Source: an uncultured delta proteobacterium
Lineage (GTDB): Bacteria > Myxococcota_A > Polyangia > Polyangiales > Houyiibacteriaceae
Assembly (NCBI GenBank): GCA_963699755.1
Contig: CAVOVB010000002.1
Location: 768,001-832,000, forward strand
Reading direction: 5' to 3'
Length of the DNA stretch: 64,000 bases
Every line of letters begins with the position of its first letter. Positions within the stretch are counted from its first letter, which is position 1. The position numbers and the translations under genes were made by a program. This document shows positions 13,452-24,332 of this stretch, in pieces. The notes beneath the pieces are model-generated. The model was not told the origin of the DNA, did not search any database, and worked only from the letters and a program-made list of their open reading frames with translations.

Positions 13452-14450
13452 ATGAGGGGCCGTGTCGTTCGAACATCCCATCTGAGTCTGTGTCTGAGCG
13501 ACAATCCGCTCGGAGACGCAGCGGAGCGCGAGCTGTACGTCTATCTGCCGCCGCAGTATGACGGGAAGCGCCGATTTCCTGCGGTGATGATGCTCGCCGG
13601 CTTCGGATCGACGAATCATTCGATCGTGGCGTGGAGTCCTTGGAAGCCCAACACGGTCGAGCTTTTCGACCAGCTAATCTCCGAAGGCCGGTGCAAGCCA
13701 GCGATCCTCGTCCTTCCGGATTGCTTCAACCGGTGGGGCGGCTCGCAGTTCATCGATTCCGAAGGTACCGGCCGCTACCAGACTTATCTTGCCGAAGAGG
13801 TCTTTCCTTTCGTCGACGCCGAGTTTCAAACGATCCCCGAACGCGAGGCGCGCGCTGTGGTTGGACGCTCCTCCGGAGGCTTCGGCGCGCTTCGGCTCGG
13901 GATGGACAGGCCAGAGCTCGTCTCGGTGATCGGCAGTCATGCCGGCGATGCGGCGTTCGAGGTCAGCATGCGGCCCATGCTCACGAGCGCAGCGATCGCG
14001 ATCGACTTGGCCGGTGGCCTCCGAGCCTTTGCTGAGGAGATCCCGGTAGCGGGCCCCACGAATGCTTCGCAGTTTGACGCGATCTTCGTGCTCGCCGCTT
14101 CTGCCGCATATTCGCCTGATTCGGCGGAGTTCCCATTCGCACGAGTCCCGATGGACCCCCGGACCGGCGAGCTTCGGGACGATGTCTGGGCCGAGTGGCG
14201 CGAGCAGGATCCGCTCGAGCGGGTGGATACATCCTTAGGGGCTTTGCAAACGATGTCGCTTATTTACATCGATGCAGGCGACAGGGATGAGCACGGGCTA
14301 CACTTCGCAGCGCGGAAGCTCAAGGATGCCCTCAGTCAGCGCGGCCTGCCTGTTTACTACGAGGAGTACGAGGGTGGCCACAGAGGCACCTCGTGGCGCT
14401 ATGAAATTTCGCTACCGCAAATCGTTGAAGCACTTCGAGGACCCGAATGA
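13452..14450 (+). CDS. Esterase family protein (Fes/enterochelin-esterase-like alpha/beta hydrolase)
   Basis: NPLGD..RELYVYLPPQY, WGGSQFIDS, GRSSGG nucleophile and YEGGH. Start moved downstream of the argS stop (ATG 13452; 13437 is the alternative). Confidence 0.85.
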   Translation: MRGRVVRTSHLSLCLSDNPLGDAAERELYVYLPPQYDGKRRFPAVMMLAGFGSTNHSIVAWSPWKPNTVELFDQLISEGRCKPAILVLPDCFNRWGGSQFIDSEGTGRYQTYLAEEVFPFVDAEFQTIPEREARAVVGRSSGGFGALRLGMDRPELVSVIGSHAGDAAFEVSMRPMLTSAAIAIDLAGGLRAFAEEIPVAGPTNASQFDAIFVLAASAAYSPDSAEFPFARVPMDPRTGELRDDVWAEWREQDPLERVDTSLGALQTMSLIYIDAGDRDEHGLHFAARKLKDALSQRGLPVYYEEYEGGHRGTSWRYEISLPQIVEALRGPE

Positions 14451-15115
14451 CGACCAAGAAGCAGAGCAGGGAAGAAGAGAAAGAAGCCGGCCAGGCAAAG
14501 AAGGCCAAGAAGGTTGCCGGTGGTGGTGCGGCGGCTGCGGCGCAGAAGATCCTCAACGACGAGAGCCCTCAATCGAAGATCGCCGAACACGGCGAAACCA
14601 TGATGGACGGACCGCGAACCGCTGCCACGCAATCGGCGCGCGTGCTCAGTGAGATCATCGCCGAGAAGCCTGAGCTCGTCGTGCCGCTGGTCGCCAAATT
14701 CGCGAAGGGCATTTCCTCGCCGAACAAGCGGGTCGTGCAAACCTCTGCCGAAGCGCTTCCGGCGATCGCCCGGATCGCACCTGCACGGGTCGCGCGCCAG
14801 CTCGACGTGCTCAAGAGCTCTTTCGAAGGTGCGAACGAGGTGGGCAAGGATGGCCTGGTCAAGGCCTTTGCAGCGCTTTGTACTGCGTCGGTCGCCTATC
14901 AGAAGCGCCTCGAGCCAGTGCTCACGCTCGCGCTCAACGGCGCCGACGGCAAGACGCTATTCGCTTGGAGCCAAATCGTGCTTCCGGCGCTCAAAGGCGA
15001 GCCACATGCGAGGGCCCGTGCCGTCGTCGAAGGCCGACTCGACTTGATTCCGCGTGCGTATGCACAGGAGATCGCGGATTTTCTCGGGATCAAGCTGCGC
15101 CTGCGTTACCGCTGA
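14447..15115 (+). CDS. Hypothetical alpha-helical (HEAT/ARM-like) protein
   Basis: ATGA overlap with the esterase. Amphipathic helical pattern after a Lys/Glu-rich N-terminus. Confidence 0.65.
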   Translation: MTTKKQSREEEKEAGQAKKAKKVAGGGAAAAAQKILNDESPQSKIAEHGETMMDGPRTAATQSARVLSEIIAEKPELVVPLVAKFAKGISSPNKRVVQTSAEALPAIARIAPARVARQLDVLKSSFEGANEVGKDGLVKAFAALCTASVAYQKRLEPVLTLALNGADGKTLFAWSQIVLPALKGEPHARARAVVEGRLDLIPRAYAQEIADFLGIKLRLRYR

Positions 15116-16016
15116 TCGATCCGGACGAAGTCGTAGTCCTTGTTGCGGTAGTCGAAGTCTCGGTCCTCTAGACCGGGATTGAGCACCAGCTCGGGGTATT
15201 CGTAGGACTCGTAGAGCTTGCCCTCGCGGTCCCAGGACTCCGCCTTGATCAGCATGAAGGTTCGCTTGCCGATGCAGTATGTCCCGCGGCTGGCGTAGTA
15301 ATATGGCACGAATACTCTTTGCCCAGCTTGGAGGTCCGTCGGTGAATCGATCTCTTCGTTGTGGTGAAGGATGACGTACATGTCCTGGCCAACCCGGTCG
15401 GCGAATTCCCACAGGTCCTCTGAGCGCCTGGCCGTGACGTAGCGGCCCCCCGATTGAGACTCGATATCGATGCGCCATGTCGGTTCGCTGCCGACGAGAC
15501 CCCCATCCGAGATTCGGACCGTCGCGTCCTTGCGCGCGATAGCTTTTCGAATGTTGGCGGCAGCCACTTCGAGCATTCGCTCCAGACCAAAGGAAGTGAT
15601 CGGATGATGGTTGTCGGCCATGGCCAGGCGTCCGAACGGGTTCAGGCTCACCGCAACGTCGGGAACCGAGCCCTTGTGCGCTCGGAGCCTGTCCCTGTTG
15701 CTGCCGCGAATGTAAATGCCCTCGCGTCCTTCATGAGGCTTGCCATACTTCACGTACACCTTGAAGGGACGCGAAAACTTGAAGTCGATCGTTTGCTCGA
15801 TGAGCTCATCGCCGATGAGCTCTCGCTTCATCAAGGTGCCTCGATAGTCATAGATGCCAGCCATCGCGTTGAACGACTGCTCGAGCAGCGCCTCGATCCG
15901 AGCAGCATCGGAGACTGGAGGCTCGGGGAGGGCCTGGGCGCTGGCAGACGTGGCGACGAGGGAGAGCGCCGCGGCGAAGAACAGGGCGCATCCCCTTTGG
16001 CGCACCACAAATCGCC

Positions 16017-16020
<4 letters not shown>
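15106..16020 (-). CDS. DUF1571-like (LolA-like fold) periplasmic protein with inserted LysM domain
   Basis: Signal peptide and FKFSRPFKVYVKY, GREGIY, HPITSFGLERML, YESYEY..LNPGL..DFD motifs. LysM-like segment EDLWEFADRVG..HN..PTDLQAGQRVFVP. Confidence 0.75.
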
Positions 16021-17675
<1,655 letters not shown>

Positions 17676-17737
17676 GGGGCTTTCCTAGCACAGTCGTTGC
17701 GATGTTCGACGGCGCAGAAGCAGGCTATGCTCCGCCC

Positions 17738-18100
17738 ATGATCGTCGTCACCAATCGCATCCCGGTCACCGAGGGCTACGAAATCGATTTCGAGGACCGC
17801 TTTCGTAAGCGCGTACACCTCGTGGACCAGGCCAAGGGTTTCATTCGCAACGAAGTGCACCGGCCGCGGCCGATGGAGCTCGATCACCAGACCGGCGAGT
17901 GGACACGCGGACCTGCCGGAACGGGCTACTACGAGGTCAAGACCTGGTGGCAATCGTTCGACGACTTCGTCGCCTGGACCACGAGTCCTTCGTTTGCAGA
18001 AGCCCACAAGAACCGTCCGCCCAAGGAGATGTTCCGCGGCCCGAACGAGCTCACCATTCACGAGGTGTTTCTGAGCACCGACGACCCGGAGACGCTGTGA
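17738..18100 (+). CDS. Antibiotic biosynthesis monooxygenase family, IsdG/MhuD-like heme-degrading type
   Basis: N-terminal TNRIPV, FEDRF..R and TWWQSFDDFVAWTTSPSFAEAH retain the Asn/Trp/His pattern of IsdG-family enzymes. Confidence 0.8.
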   Translation: MIVVTNRIPVTEGYEIDFEDRFRKRVHLVDQAKGFIRNEVHRPRPMELDHQTGEWTRGPAGTGYYEVKTWWQSFDDFVAWTTSPSFAEAHKNRPPKEMFRGPNELTIHEVFLSTDDPETL

Positions 18101-18963
18101 GCGACCTCGCGACGGACAACCTCGGTTTCGTCGAGTGCTGGAACGAGATCCTGACACCGAAGTGGATTCGCTTCCGGCATCTGCTCTCTGGCAACGGGAA
18201 GGTTCACAGCGACATCGCCTATGCAGACTTCGGCATTCGCGAGGGCGACAAGGTGCTCGACATTGGATGCGGATTTGGAGAAACAGCCCTCGAAATCGCG
18301 GAAATCGTGGGCCCCGGCGGTGAAGTGGTCGGCATCGATTGCACCGACGCCTTTCTCGACATCGCGAAGCAGGAGCGCGACGCGGCCGGCGTCGCCAATG
18401 TCCGCTACGAACTGGGCGATGCGCAGATCTGCAACCTTCCCGAAAGCTACTTCGACGTAGTCTACTCGCGCTTTGGCGTGATGTTCTTCCAGAGCGCGGT
18501 GCGGGCCCTTCGAAACGCCAATCGCGCACTCAAGCCGGGGGGCACGCTTTGTTTGATCGTCTGGCGCTCGCTCGCCGACAACCCTTGCTGGGGTGCAGCC
18601 AAGGAGGTCGTGCTGCGCCACCTTCCGCCTCCAGGGGAAGCCGCCTCGACCTGCGGCCCGGGTCCCTTCTCGATGGCGGGCGAAGAAACCGATCGAGCGA
18701 TGCTCGAGGCAGCCGGGTTCTCGAAGGTTGAAGTCTTCAAGCGCATCGATGCCGACGTCTGCGTCGGAAACGACCTCGAACAGGCGATCGACTATCAAAT
18801 CCTGGTCGGCCCCTCCGGGGAGATCGTCCGCGAAGCCGGCGAGGAAGGGCAACGCAAGCTTCCGATGATCCGGCGAGACCTCGCCGAGCTCATGACGCCC
18901 TATTTGCATGACGACGGCGTGTTCATGCCCTCTAGCACCTGGGCGATCATGGCGCGGAAGTAG
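18097..18963 (+). CDS. Class I SAM-dependent methyltransferase
   Basis: VLDIGCGFG, FDVVYSRFGVMFF, ALKPGG and PGPFSMA. GTG start overlaps the upstream TGA (GTGA). Confidence 0.9.
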   Translation: MSDLATDNLGFVECWNEILTPKWIRFRHLLSGNGKVHSDIAYADFGIREGDKVLDIGCGFGETALEIAEIVGPGGEVVGIDCTDAFLDIAKQERDAAGVANVRYELGDAQICNLPESYFDVVYSRFGVMFFQSAVRALRNANRALKPGGTLCLIVWRSLADNPCWGAAKEVVLRHLPPPGEAASTCGPGPFSMAGEETDRAMLEAAGFSKVEVFKRIDADVCVGNDLEQAIDYQILVGPSGEIVREAGEEGQRKLPMIRRDLAELMTPYLHDDGVFMPSSTWAIMARK

Positions 18964-19060
18964 CAAGGCGATGGCGCGGAAGGCGCTGGGGCGGGACCGA
19001 CTACCGTCGAAGGCGACCAACTCGCTTTCGTGATCTTTGGTCATCGTTCGCGCATTGCGC

Positions 19061-19088
19061 TTGACCGGAATAGAACTTGTTCTAAACT
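19061..19088 (+). promoter_or_regulatory. Sigma70-type promoter of the P450 gene
   Basis: TTGACC (19061-66)-N16-TAAACT (19083-88) in an AT-rich patch. Confidence 0.6.
19071..19084. promoter_or_regulatory. KstR-like palindromic operator TAGAACTTGTTCTA
   Basis: Perfect 6-2-6 palindrome matching the KstR consensus TnnAACnnGTTnnA, located between -35 and -10. Confidence 0.7.
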
Positions 19089-19100
19089 AGACTTAGTTTA
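19083..19100. promoter_or_regulatory. Second palindromic operator TAAACTA-GACT-TAGTTTA
   Basis: Perfect 7-4-7 inverted repeat covering the -10 element and predicted start site. Confidence 0.6.
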
Positions 19101-19133
19101 CATATAGTAAAGTTATATCCGCCCCTCGGGTAT

Positions 19134-20348
19134 ATGGAGGATCCCGTGCAAAACAAGTGTCCAGCGAAGTTCCAGAATCTCGATTTCTGCGCCCCCTCGA
19201 CGCACGACAACCCGTACGAAATGTACGACTACTTCCTCGAGCACGAGCCGCTCTACTTCGATGAGACCAACGGGGTCTGGGAAGTGTTCCGGTACGACGA
19301 CGTCGTGGCGATCGAGCGCGACACCGAGACCTTCATCAATGGCGAAGGCATTCGGCCGAACATCCCGCCGGATCCAGGCATGATCTACCAAGACGGCGAG
19401 CAGCACAACAAGCAGCGCGCGCTCGTGTCTGCAGGGTTCACTCCCCGTCAGATGCGCAAGATGGAAGACCGGGCTCGCGAGATTGTCGTAGAGCTGGTCG
19501 ACAAGATGCTCGAGAAGGACGAGGTCGAGATCGTCGCCGACCTGGCCGGGGCCCTGCCCGCGCGGCTGATCGCCGACATGCTCGACATCCCGGAAGAAAA
19601 GCGAGCCTCCGTGATGACCTGGATCAACCAGATCATCATCGGCGGATGCGGCCCCGAGTACGTCTCAGACGAGGTCAACGAGGCATTCGAGAACTTCTGC
19701 ATGCACCACGAGGAAATGTACCAGGATCGACTGGCCGCTGGCTGTACGGGCAGTGACCTCCTGACCATCTGGATCAACGCGGAGATCAATGGCGAAAAGC
19801 TCGACGAGTCGCAGCTTCTATTCGAGCACGTCTTGCTCAACGTCGGTGGCGCGGAAACGACGCGTAGCGCGATCGCCGGTGGCCTCGAGCGGCTGAGCAA
19901 CGATCAGAAGCAGTACGATGCGCTCTCCGAAGATCCGTCCCTCATTCCCAATGCGGTGGAAGAGATCATCCGCTGGGTCTGCCCGTTCGTGAACATGTAC
20001 CGGACGGCGACGCGCGACTACGAGATGCATGGCAAGGTGATCAAAGAAGGTCAGCAGGTCGGCCTGACCTACCCGGCCGCGAACCGCGACCCGCGCAAGT
20101 TCAACGACCCGCACACCTTCAACATCTTCCGGGATTTCTCGAAGGAAGCGAAGCATCTCTCGTTCGGCCTGGGGCCTCACTTCTGCCTAGGCGCTTCTCT
20201 CGCGCGCCTCGAAGTACGTCTTTCGCTCGAGGAGATGACGCAGCGTGTGAAGAGGATTCGGGTCCCTGAAGGCAAGGAGGTCGAGTACGTGTCCTCTTCG
20301 TTCACGCGCGGCCTCAGCAAGTTCCCCGCGATCCTCGAGCCCCGTTGA
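19134..20348 (+). CDS. Cytochrome P450, CYP142-like
   Basis: I-helix VGGAETTR, EEIIRW and heme motif FGLGPHFCLG. The segment IERDTETFINGEGIRPNIPPDPGMI resembles the mycobacterial CYP142 region as recalled. Confidence 0.93.
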   Translation: MEDPVQNKCPAKFQNLDFCAPSTHDNPYEMYDYFLEHEPLYFDETNGVWEVFRYDDVVAIERDTETFINGEGIRPNIPPDPGMIYQDGEQHNKQRALVSAGFTPRQMRKMEDRAREIVVELVDKMLEKDEVEIVADLAGALPARLIADMLDIPEEKRASVMTWINQIIIGGCGPEYVSDEVNEAFENFCMHHEEMYQDRLAAGCTGSDLLTIWINAEINGEKLDESQLLFEHVLLNVGGAETTRSAIAGGLERLSNDQKQYDALSEDPSLIPNAVEEIIRWVCPFVNMYRTATRDYEMHGKVIKEGQQVGLTYPAANRDPRKFNDPHTFNIFRDFSKEAKHLSFGLGPHFCLGASLARLEVRLSLEEMTQRVKRIRVPEGKEVEYVSSSFTRGLSKFPAILEPR

Positions 20349-20458
20349 GGAGATTGCCTCGTGGCCTCCGACGCCGCAGAAGAAAAGACGGGAGATGAGC
20401 TAGGCGGCCGCGACGAAGGCGTCAAGGACTAGTGATTGACCAGGCAGAAGGCTGAACC

Positions 20459-20650
20459 ATGAAAATCGTGTACGACAGAGACAAGTGCAAGCTGCACGCG
20501 CAGTGCCGAGGGGCCGCCCCGGAGCTTTTCTCGTTTGCCCCGGACGGCAGCCTCGTGATTCTCGACGAGAACCCGCCAGAGGAGCTCCGTGAGGCGCTTC
20601 AGGATGCGGTCGACGCCTGCCCCGAGCAGGCGCTTTCCATCGAGGACTGA
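20459..20650 (+). CDS. Single-cluster ferredoxin ([3Fe-4S]-type), probable P450 redox partner
   Basis: 63 aa with CKLHAQC...APELF...DACPEQAL (CxxHxxC..CP). Confidence 0.92.
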   Translation: MKIVYDRDKCKLHAQCRGAAPELFSFAPDGSLVILDENPPEELREALQDAVDACPEQALSIED

Positions 20651-20765
20651 TCTAGGCGATAGCGTGGGGCCGGTTGGGCGGGCCAAACTGGCGCCGTAGG
20701 TGACCGGCCAAAGAGACGACTGCACGCATTCAGCAATCCTTCGTCGTCTGGTAGCTTAGGCACCA

Positions 20766-21380
20766 ATGGCGACATTGCCCAAAGGACTCGTCCGCGGCGA
20801 GGACGGGATTGCACGCTGCTGGTGGGGGGCCAGCACGCCCGACTATGCCGCCTATCACGACCAGGAGTGGGGTTGGCCCGTGCATGACGATCTGCGGCTC
20901 TTCGAAAAGATCTGCCTCGAAGGCTTCCAGTCGGGGCTGAGCTGGCTGACCATCCTGCGAAAGCGCGAGAGTTTCCGAAACGCGTTCGCGGGTTTCGACT
21001 ATCACCGCGTCGCCCGCTTCAACCGGCGAAGCGTCGAACGGCTTCTTCGGGACGCGGGCATCGTCCGACACCGCGGCAAGATCGAGTCCACGATCAACAA
21101 CGCGAAGCGCGCCATCGAGCTGGAGGACGAGTTCGGCTCTCTTTCGGCGTTCTTCTGGGAGCGGGTTCCGCCGAGGGGCGAGCGGCCGAAGCAGATGACG
21201 CACGCGTCACTGATGAAGCTATCGAAAACGCCCACCTCGACAGCCCTCAGCAAGGAGCTCAAGCGTCGAGGCTGGTCTTTCGTGGGCCCGACAACCGTCT
21301 ATGCGTTCATGCAGGCGATGGGCCTGGTCAACGATCACTTGGTAGGTTGCCTCGCCGGCGAGCGCATCGCAAAAAGCTAG
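20766..21380 (+). CDS. tag: DNA-3-methyladenine glycosylase I
   Basis: RCWW, YHDQEWG, LEGFQSGLSWLTIL, GIVRHRGKI and FVGPTTVYAFMQAMGLVNDH. Confidence 0.96.
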   Translation: MATLPKGLVRGEDGIARCWWGASTPDYAAYHDQEWGWPVHDDLRLFEKICLEGFQSGLSWLTILRKRESFRNAFAGFDYHRVARFNRRSVERLLRDAGIVRHRGKIESTINNAKRAIELEDEFGSLSAFFWERVPPRGERPKQMTHASLMKLSKTPTSTALSKELKRRGWSFVGPTTVYAFMQAMGLVNDHLVGCLAGERIAKS

Positions 21381-21381
21381 T

Positions 21382-22425
21382 GTGTTCGAGCTCACCAATA
21401 CGTTCTACGGAAACGAAATACGTCGCTGGCTGATTGCGCTGGTAGTCACCGTTGGCGTCCTGATCGTTCTACGGGTCATCGAGCAAGTCCTCATCGTTCG
21501 GATGCAGCGGCTCGCAGAGAAAACCCAGACGATGGTCGACGACATCGTCACCGGCTCGCTCAGAAAGACCAAGGTGCTCTTCCTCTTGGTCGTGTCGATC
21601 TTCGCGGGTTCGCTTTCGCTGAAACTAGAACCCGACGTTCGCTCGATCGCCTTGCACACACTGATCATCGCAACCCTGATTCAGGGCGGCATCTGGATCA
21701 GCACAGGGCTACAGATCTGGCTCGAGCACTATCGACGGACCGAAGTGGACGGCGCCAACCGTACGACGATGAACGCGTTGAGCTTCATCGGGAGACTCGT
21801 CCTTTGGATCACCGTCTTTCTGCTGGTCTTCGACAATCTCGGGATTGACGTCACGGCGCTGGTTGCCGGGCTGGGCATCGGCGGCGTCGCGATCGCACTA
21901 GCTGTGCAGAACATCCTCGGCGACCTATTCGCCTCGCTCTCGATCGTCCTCGACAAGCCGTTCGTGAATGGAGATTTCATCGTGGTCGGCGACATGGCGG
22001 GCTCGGTCGTGCACGTCGGCATCAAGACCACGCGCATTCGTAGCATCTCTGGTGAGCAGCTGGTCTTCTCCAACTCGGATCTTCTTCAGAGCCGTATCCG
22101 CAACTTCGGCCGTATGGAGCAGCGTCGCGTGGTGTTCTCACTCGGGGTCACCTATCAAACGCCTGCGCAGAAGCTCGAACGAATTCCGTCGCTGATTCGG
22201 GCCGCGATCGAAGCGCAGGAGCACGTCCGTTTCGACCGCAGCCATTTCGCCTCTTACGGCGATTCCTCGCTCAACTTCGAAACCGTCTACTACGTCGAAT
22301 CTTCCGACTATACGACGCACATGGACATCCTCCAGGCGGTCAACCTCGGCATCTACCGGACCTTCGAGGACGAGGGCATCGAGTTCGCCTACCCGACGCA
22401 AACCTTGTACCTGAGCAAAGAATAG
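21382..22425 (+). CDS. mscS: Small-conductance mechanosensitive channel (MscS family)
   Basis: AGLGIGGVAIALAVQNILGDLFASLSIVLDKPF..GD, GIKTTRIRS and GIEFAYPTQT. Confidence 0.92.
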   Translation: MFELTNTFYGNEIRRWLIALVVTVGVLIVLRVIEQVLIVRMQRLAEKTQTMVDDIVTGSLRKTKVLFLLVVSIFAGSLSLKLEPDVRSIALHTLIIATLIQGGIWISTGLQIWLEHYRRTEVDGANRTTMNALSFIGRLVLWITVFLLVFDNLGIDVTALVAGLGIGGVAIALAVQNILGDLFASLSIVLDKPFVNGDFIVVGDMAGSVVHVGIKTTRIRSISGEQLVFSNSDLLQSRIRNFGRMEQRRVVFSLGVTYQTPAQKLERIPSLIRAAIEAQEHVRFDRSHFASYGDSSLNFETVYYVESSDYTTHMDILQAVNLGIYRTFEDEGIEFAYPTQTLYLSKE

Positions 22426-22455
22426 GCGCGTGATATCGGGACCCTCGCTCTTTTG

Positions 22456-22483
22456 TGAAACATCTCGCCGACTCTGGCGTTAA
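22456..22483 (+). promoter_or_regulatory. ECF-sigma-type promoter upstream of msrAB
   Basis: TGAAAC-N16-CGTTAA fits the AAC..CGT ECF promoter pattern. Confidence 0.5.
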
Positions 22484-22513
22484 GGGGGCTGAGCCTTAGA
22501 TGAGGAACTGGCG

Positions 22514-23674
22514 ATGAAGAGTTGGCGTACGATTACATTGGGCGTTCCGATTTTGGTCGCGGCCATCCTGGTCGCGATCGGGGTGACATCGACGCGCGCG
22601 GATGCACCGCCCCAACGGGACAAGCAATCGAGCCCCGAAAAAAAGGGCGGCAAGCTCGCAAAAGCGACTTTCGCGGGCGGGTGTTTTTGGTGCATGGAGG
22701 CGCCGTTCGAGAAGATCGAGGGCGTCGTGAGCGTCACCTCGGGGTATACTGGCGGCAAGGAGACCGCGCCGTCGTATCAAGAGGTCAGCTCGGGGAGGAC
22801 CGGGCACGTCGAAGCCGTCGAGGTGAAGTTCGACCCCACGCTGGTCTCGTACGGGTACCTGCTCGAGGTCTTCTGGCGACAGATCGACCCCACCGACGAC
22901 GGCGGCCAGTTTGCCGACCGGGGAATGCAATATCGTACGGCGATCTTCGCGCACAATCCGGAGCAGCACGCGCTCGCCGAAGCATCGAAACGCGATCTCG
23001 CGAAGAGCGGCATGTTCAAGGCGCCGATCGTGACCGAGATTCGATGGGCCGGACCGTTCTACGCCGCCGAGGCCTATCATCAGGACTACTACAAGAAGAA
23101 CCCGAGCAACTACAAGCGCTATCGCGCGGGATCGGGACGTGAGAGCTTTCTCAACGATGTCTGGGGAAAGAGGCCGCTCGAAGCCCCAGAGAAACCCAGA
23201 GACGCAGGGAAGAAACCAATGAGCGACAAGAGCAAGTCATACCAGAGGCCGACGGAGGCCGAGCTCCGCAAGGAGCTGACGCCAATGCAGTACAAGGTCA
23301 CCCAGGAAGAAGGGACCGAGCCTCCGTTCCGCAACGTCTACTGGGACAACAAGAAGGACGGCATCTATGTCGATGTCGTGACTGGGGAGCCGCTCTTCAG
23401 CTCTACGGACAAGTATGACAGCGGGACCGGCTGGCCCAGCTTCACCAAGCCGATCGACAAAGAGAGCATCACCGAACACGTCGACCGAAAGCTCCTGTCG
23501 ACCCGGACCGAGGTTCGGAGCAAGAACGGGGACAGCCACCTCGGGCACGTCTTCGAGGACGGGCCAGCCCCGACGGGGATGCGCTACTGCATCAACAGCG
23601 CCGCGCTCCGTTTCATCCCGAAGGAAGACCTCGCCAAGGAGGGCTACGGCGAGTACCTAGCGCTCTTCGAGTAA
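22514..23674 (+). CDS. msrAB: Exported peptide-methionine sulfoxide reductase MsrA-MsrB fusion
   Basis: Signal peptide. MsrA motifs [10 protein letters not shown] and AEAYHQDYY; MsrB motifs [20 protein letters not shown] and RYCINSAAL. Confidence 0.96.
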   Translation: MKSWRTITLGVPILVAAILVAIGVTSTRADAPPQRDKQSSPEKKGGKLAKATFAGGCFWCMEAPFEKIEGVVSVTSGYTGGKETAPSYQEVSSGRTGHVEAVEVKFDPTLVSYGYLLEVFWRQIDPTDDGGQFADRGMQYRTAIFAHNPEQHALAEASKRDLAKSGMFKAPIVTEIRWAGPFYAAEAYHQDYYKKNPSNYKRYRAGSGRESFLNDVWGKRPLEAPEKPRDAGKKPMSDKSKSYQRPTEAELRKELTPMQYKVTQEEGTEPPFRNVYWDNKKDGIYVDVVTGEPLFSSTDKYDSGTGWPSFTKPIDKESITEHVDRKLLSTRTEVRSKNGDSHLGHVFEDGPAPTGMRYCINSAALRFIPKEDLAKEGYGEYLALFE

Positions 23675-23677
23675 GCG

Positions 23678-24289
23678 ATGAGGCTTCGGGAGCGTATCAA
23701 GCCCTGGGTCCAGGACTGGGCAATGGGGTTCATGGATGACCTCAGGCCCGAAACCGTGCTGGGCGCCAAGGGCGACGTGCTCGAAATCGGCTTCGGCACG
23801 GGCCGAAATCTCAGACACTACCCGGAGCAGGTGAAATCGGTCTGGGGTATCGACCCGATGACCACTGCAGGGGTCGGTCCCGTCGAGCGGCGAATCGCTG
23901 AGTCCAGCTTCCCGGTGGAGCGAGCGACTCTCTCGGCCGATGAGCGCCTTCCATTCGATGCCGGGCGTTTCGACTGCGTGGTCTCCACTTGGACGCTTTG
24001 TTCGATCCCTGATGCACATGCTGCACTCGCCGAAATGCATCGCGTCCTGAAACCCGGAGGGCTCTACCTGTTCATCGAGCACGGGCTTGGGCGCGCCGAG
24101 CGCACGATTCGCTGGCAGGAGCGCCTGAACCCAATGTGGAGCCGGTTCGCCGACGGCTGCAACCTCAACAGGCCGGTCGACCAGCTGGTCGCGGACAGCG
24201 GCTTCGAGCTCAGGTCGCTCGAAGAGTTCAAGGGCAAGGGGCCACGGCTGGTTTCGCACCTCTACCGAGGCATCGCGGAACGCGCGTGA
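23678..24289 (+). CDS. Class I SAM-dependent methyltransferase
   Basis: VLEIGFGTG, FDCVVSTWTLCSIPD, RVLKPGG..FIEHG and GCNLNR. Confidence 0.9.
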   Translation: MRLRERIKPWVQDWAMGFMDDLRPETVLGAKGDVLEIGFGTGRNLRHYPEQVKSVWGIDPMTTAGVGPVERRIAESSFPVERATLSADERLPFDAGRFDCVVSTWTLCSIPDAHAALAEMHRVLKPGGLYLFIEHGLGRAERTIRWQERLNPMWSRFADGCNLNRPVDQLVADSGFELRSLEEFKGKGPRLVSHLYRGIAERA

Positions 24290-24332
24290 GCCGCCGATCC
24301 CCTTTTCCCGCTTGGGTGCTACCCTCTCGTTG

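Noticed and set aside
19071..19116. AT-rich P450 promoter as a Fur box or Gram-positive LexA box
   Set aside because: No GATAAT-type Fur repeats are present. The LexA box needs GAAC-N4-GTTC, whereas the spacer here is 2 nt.
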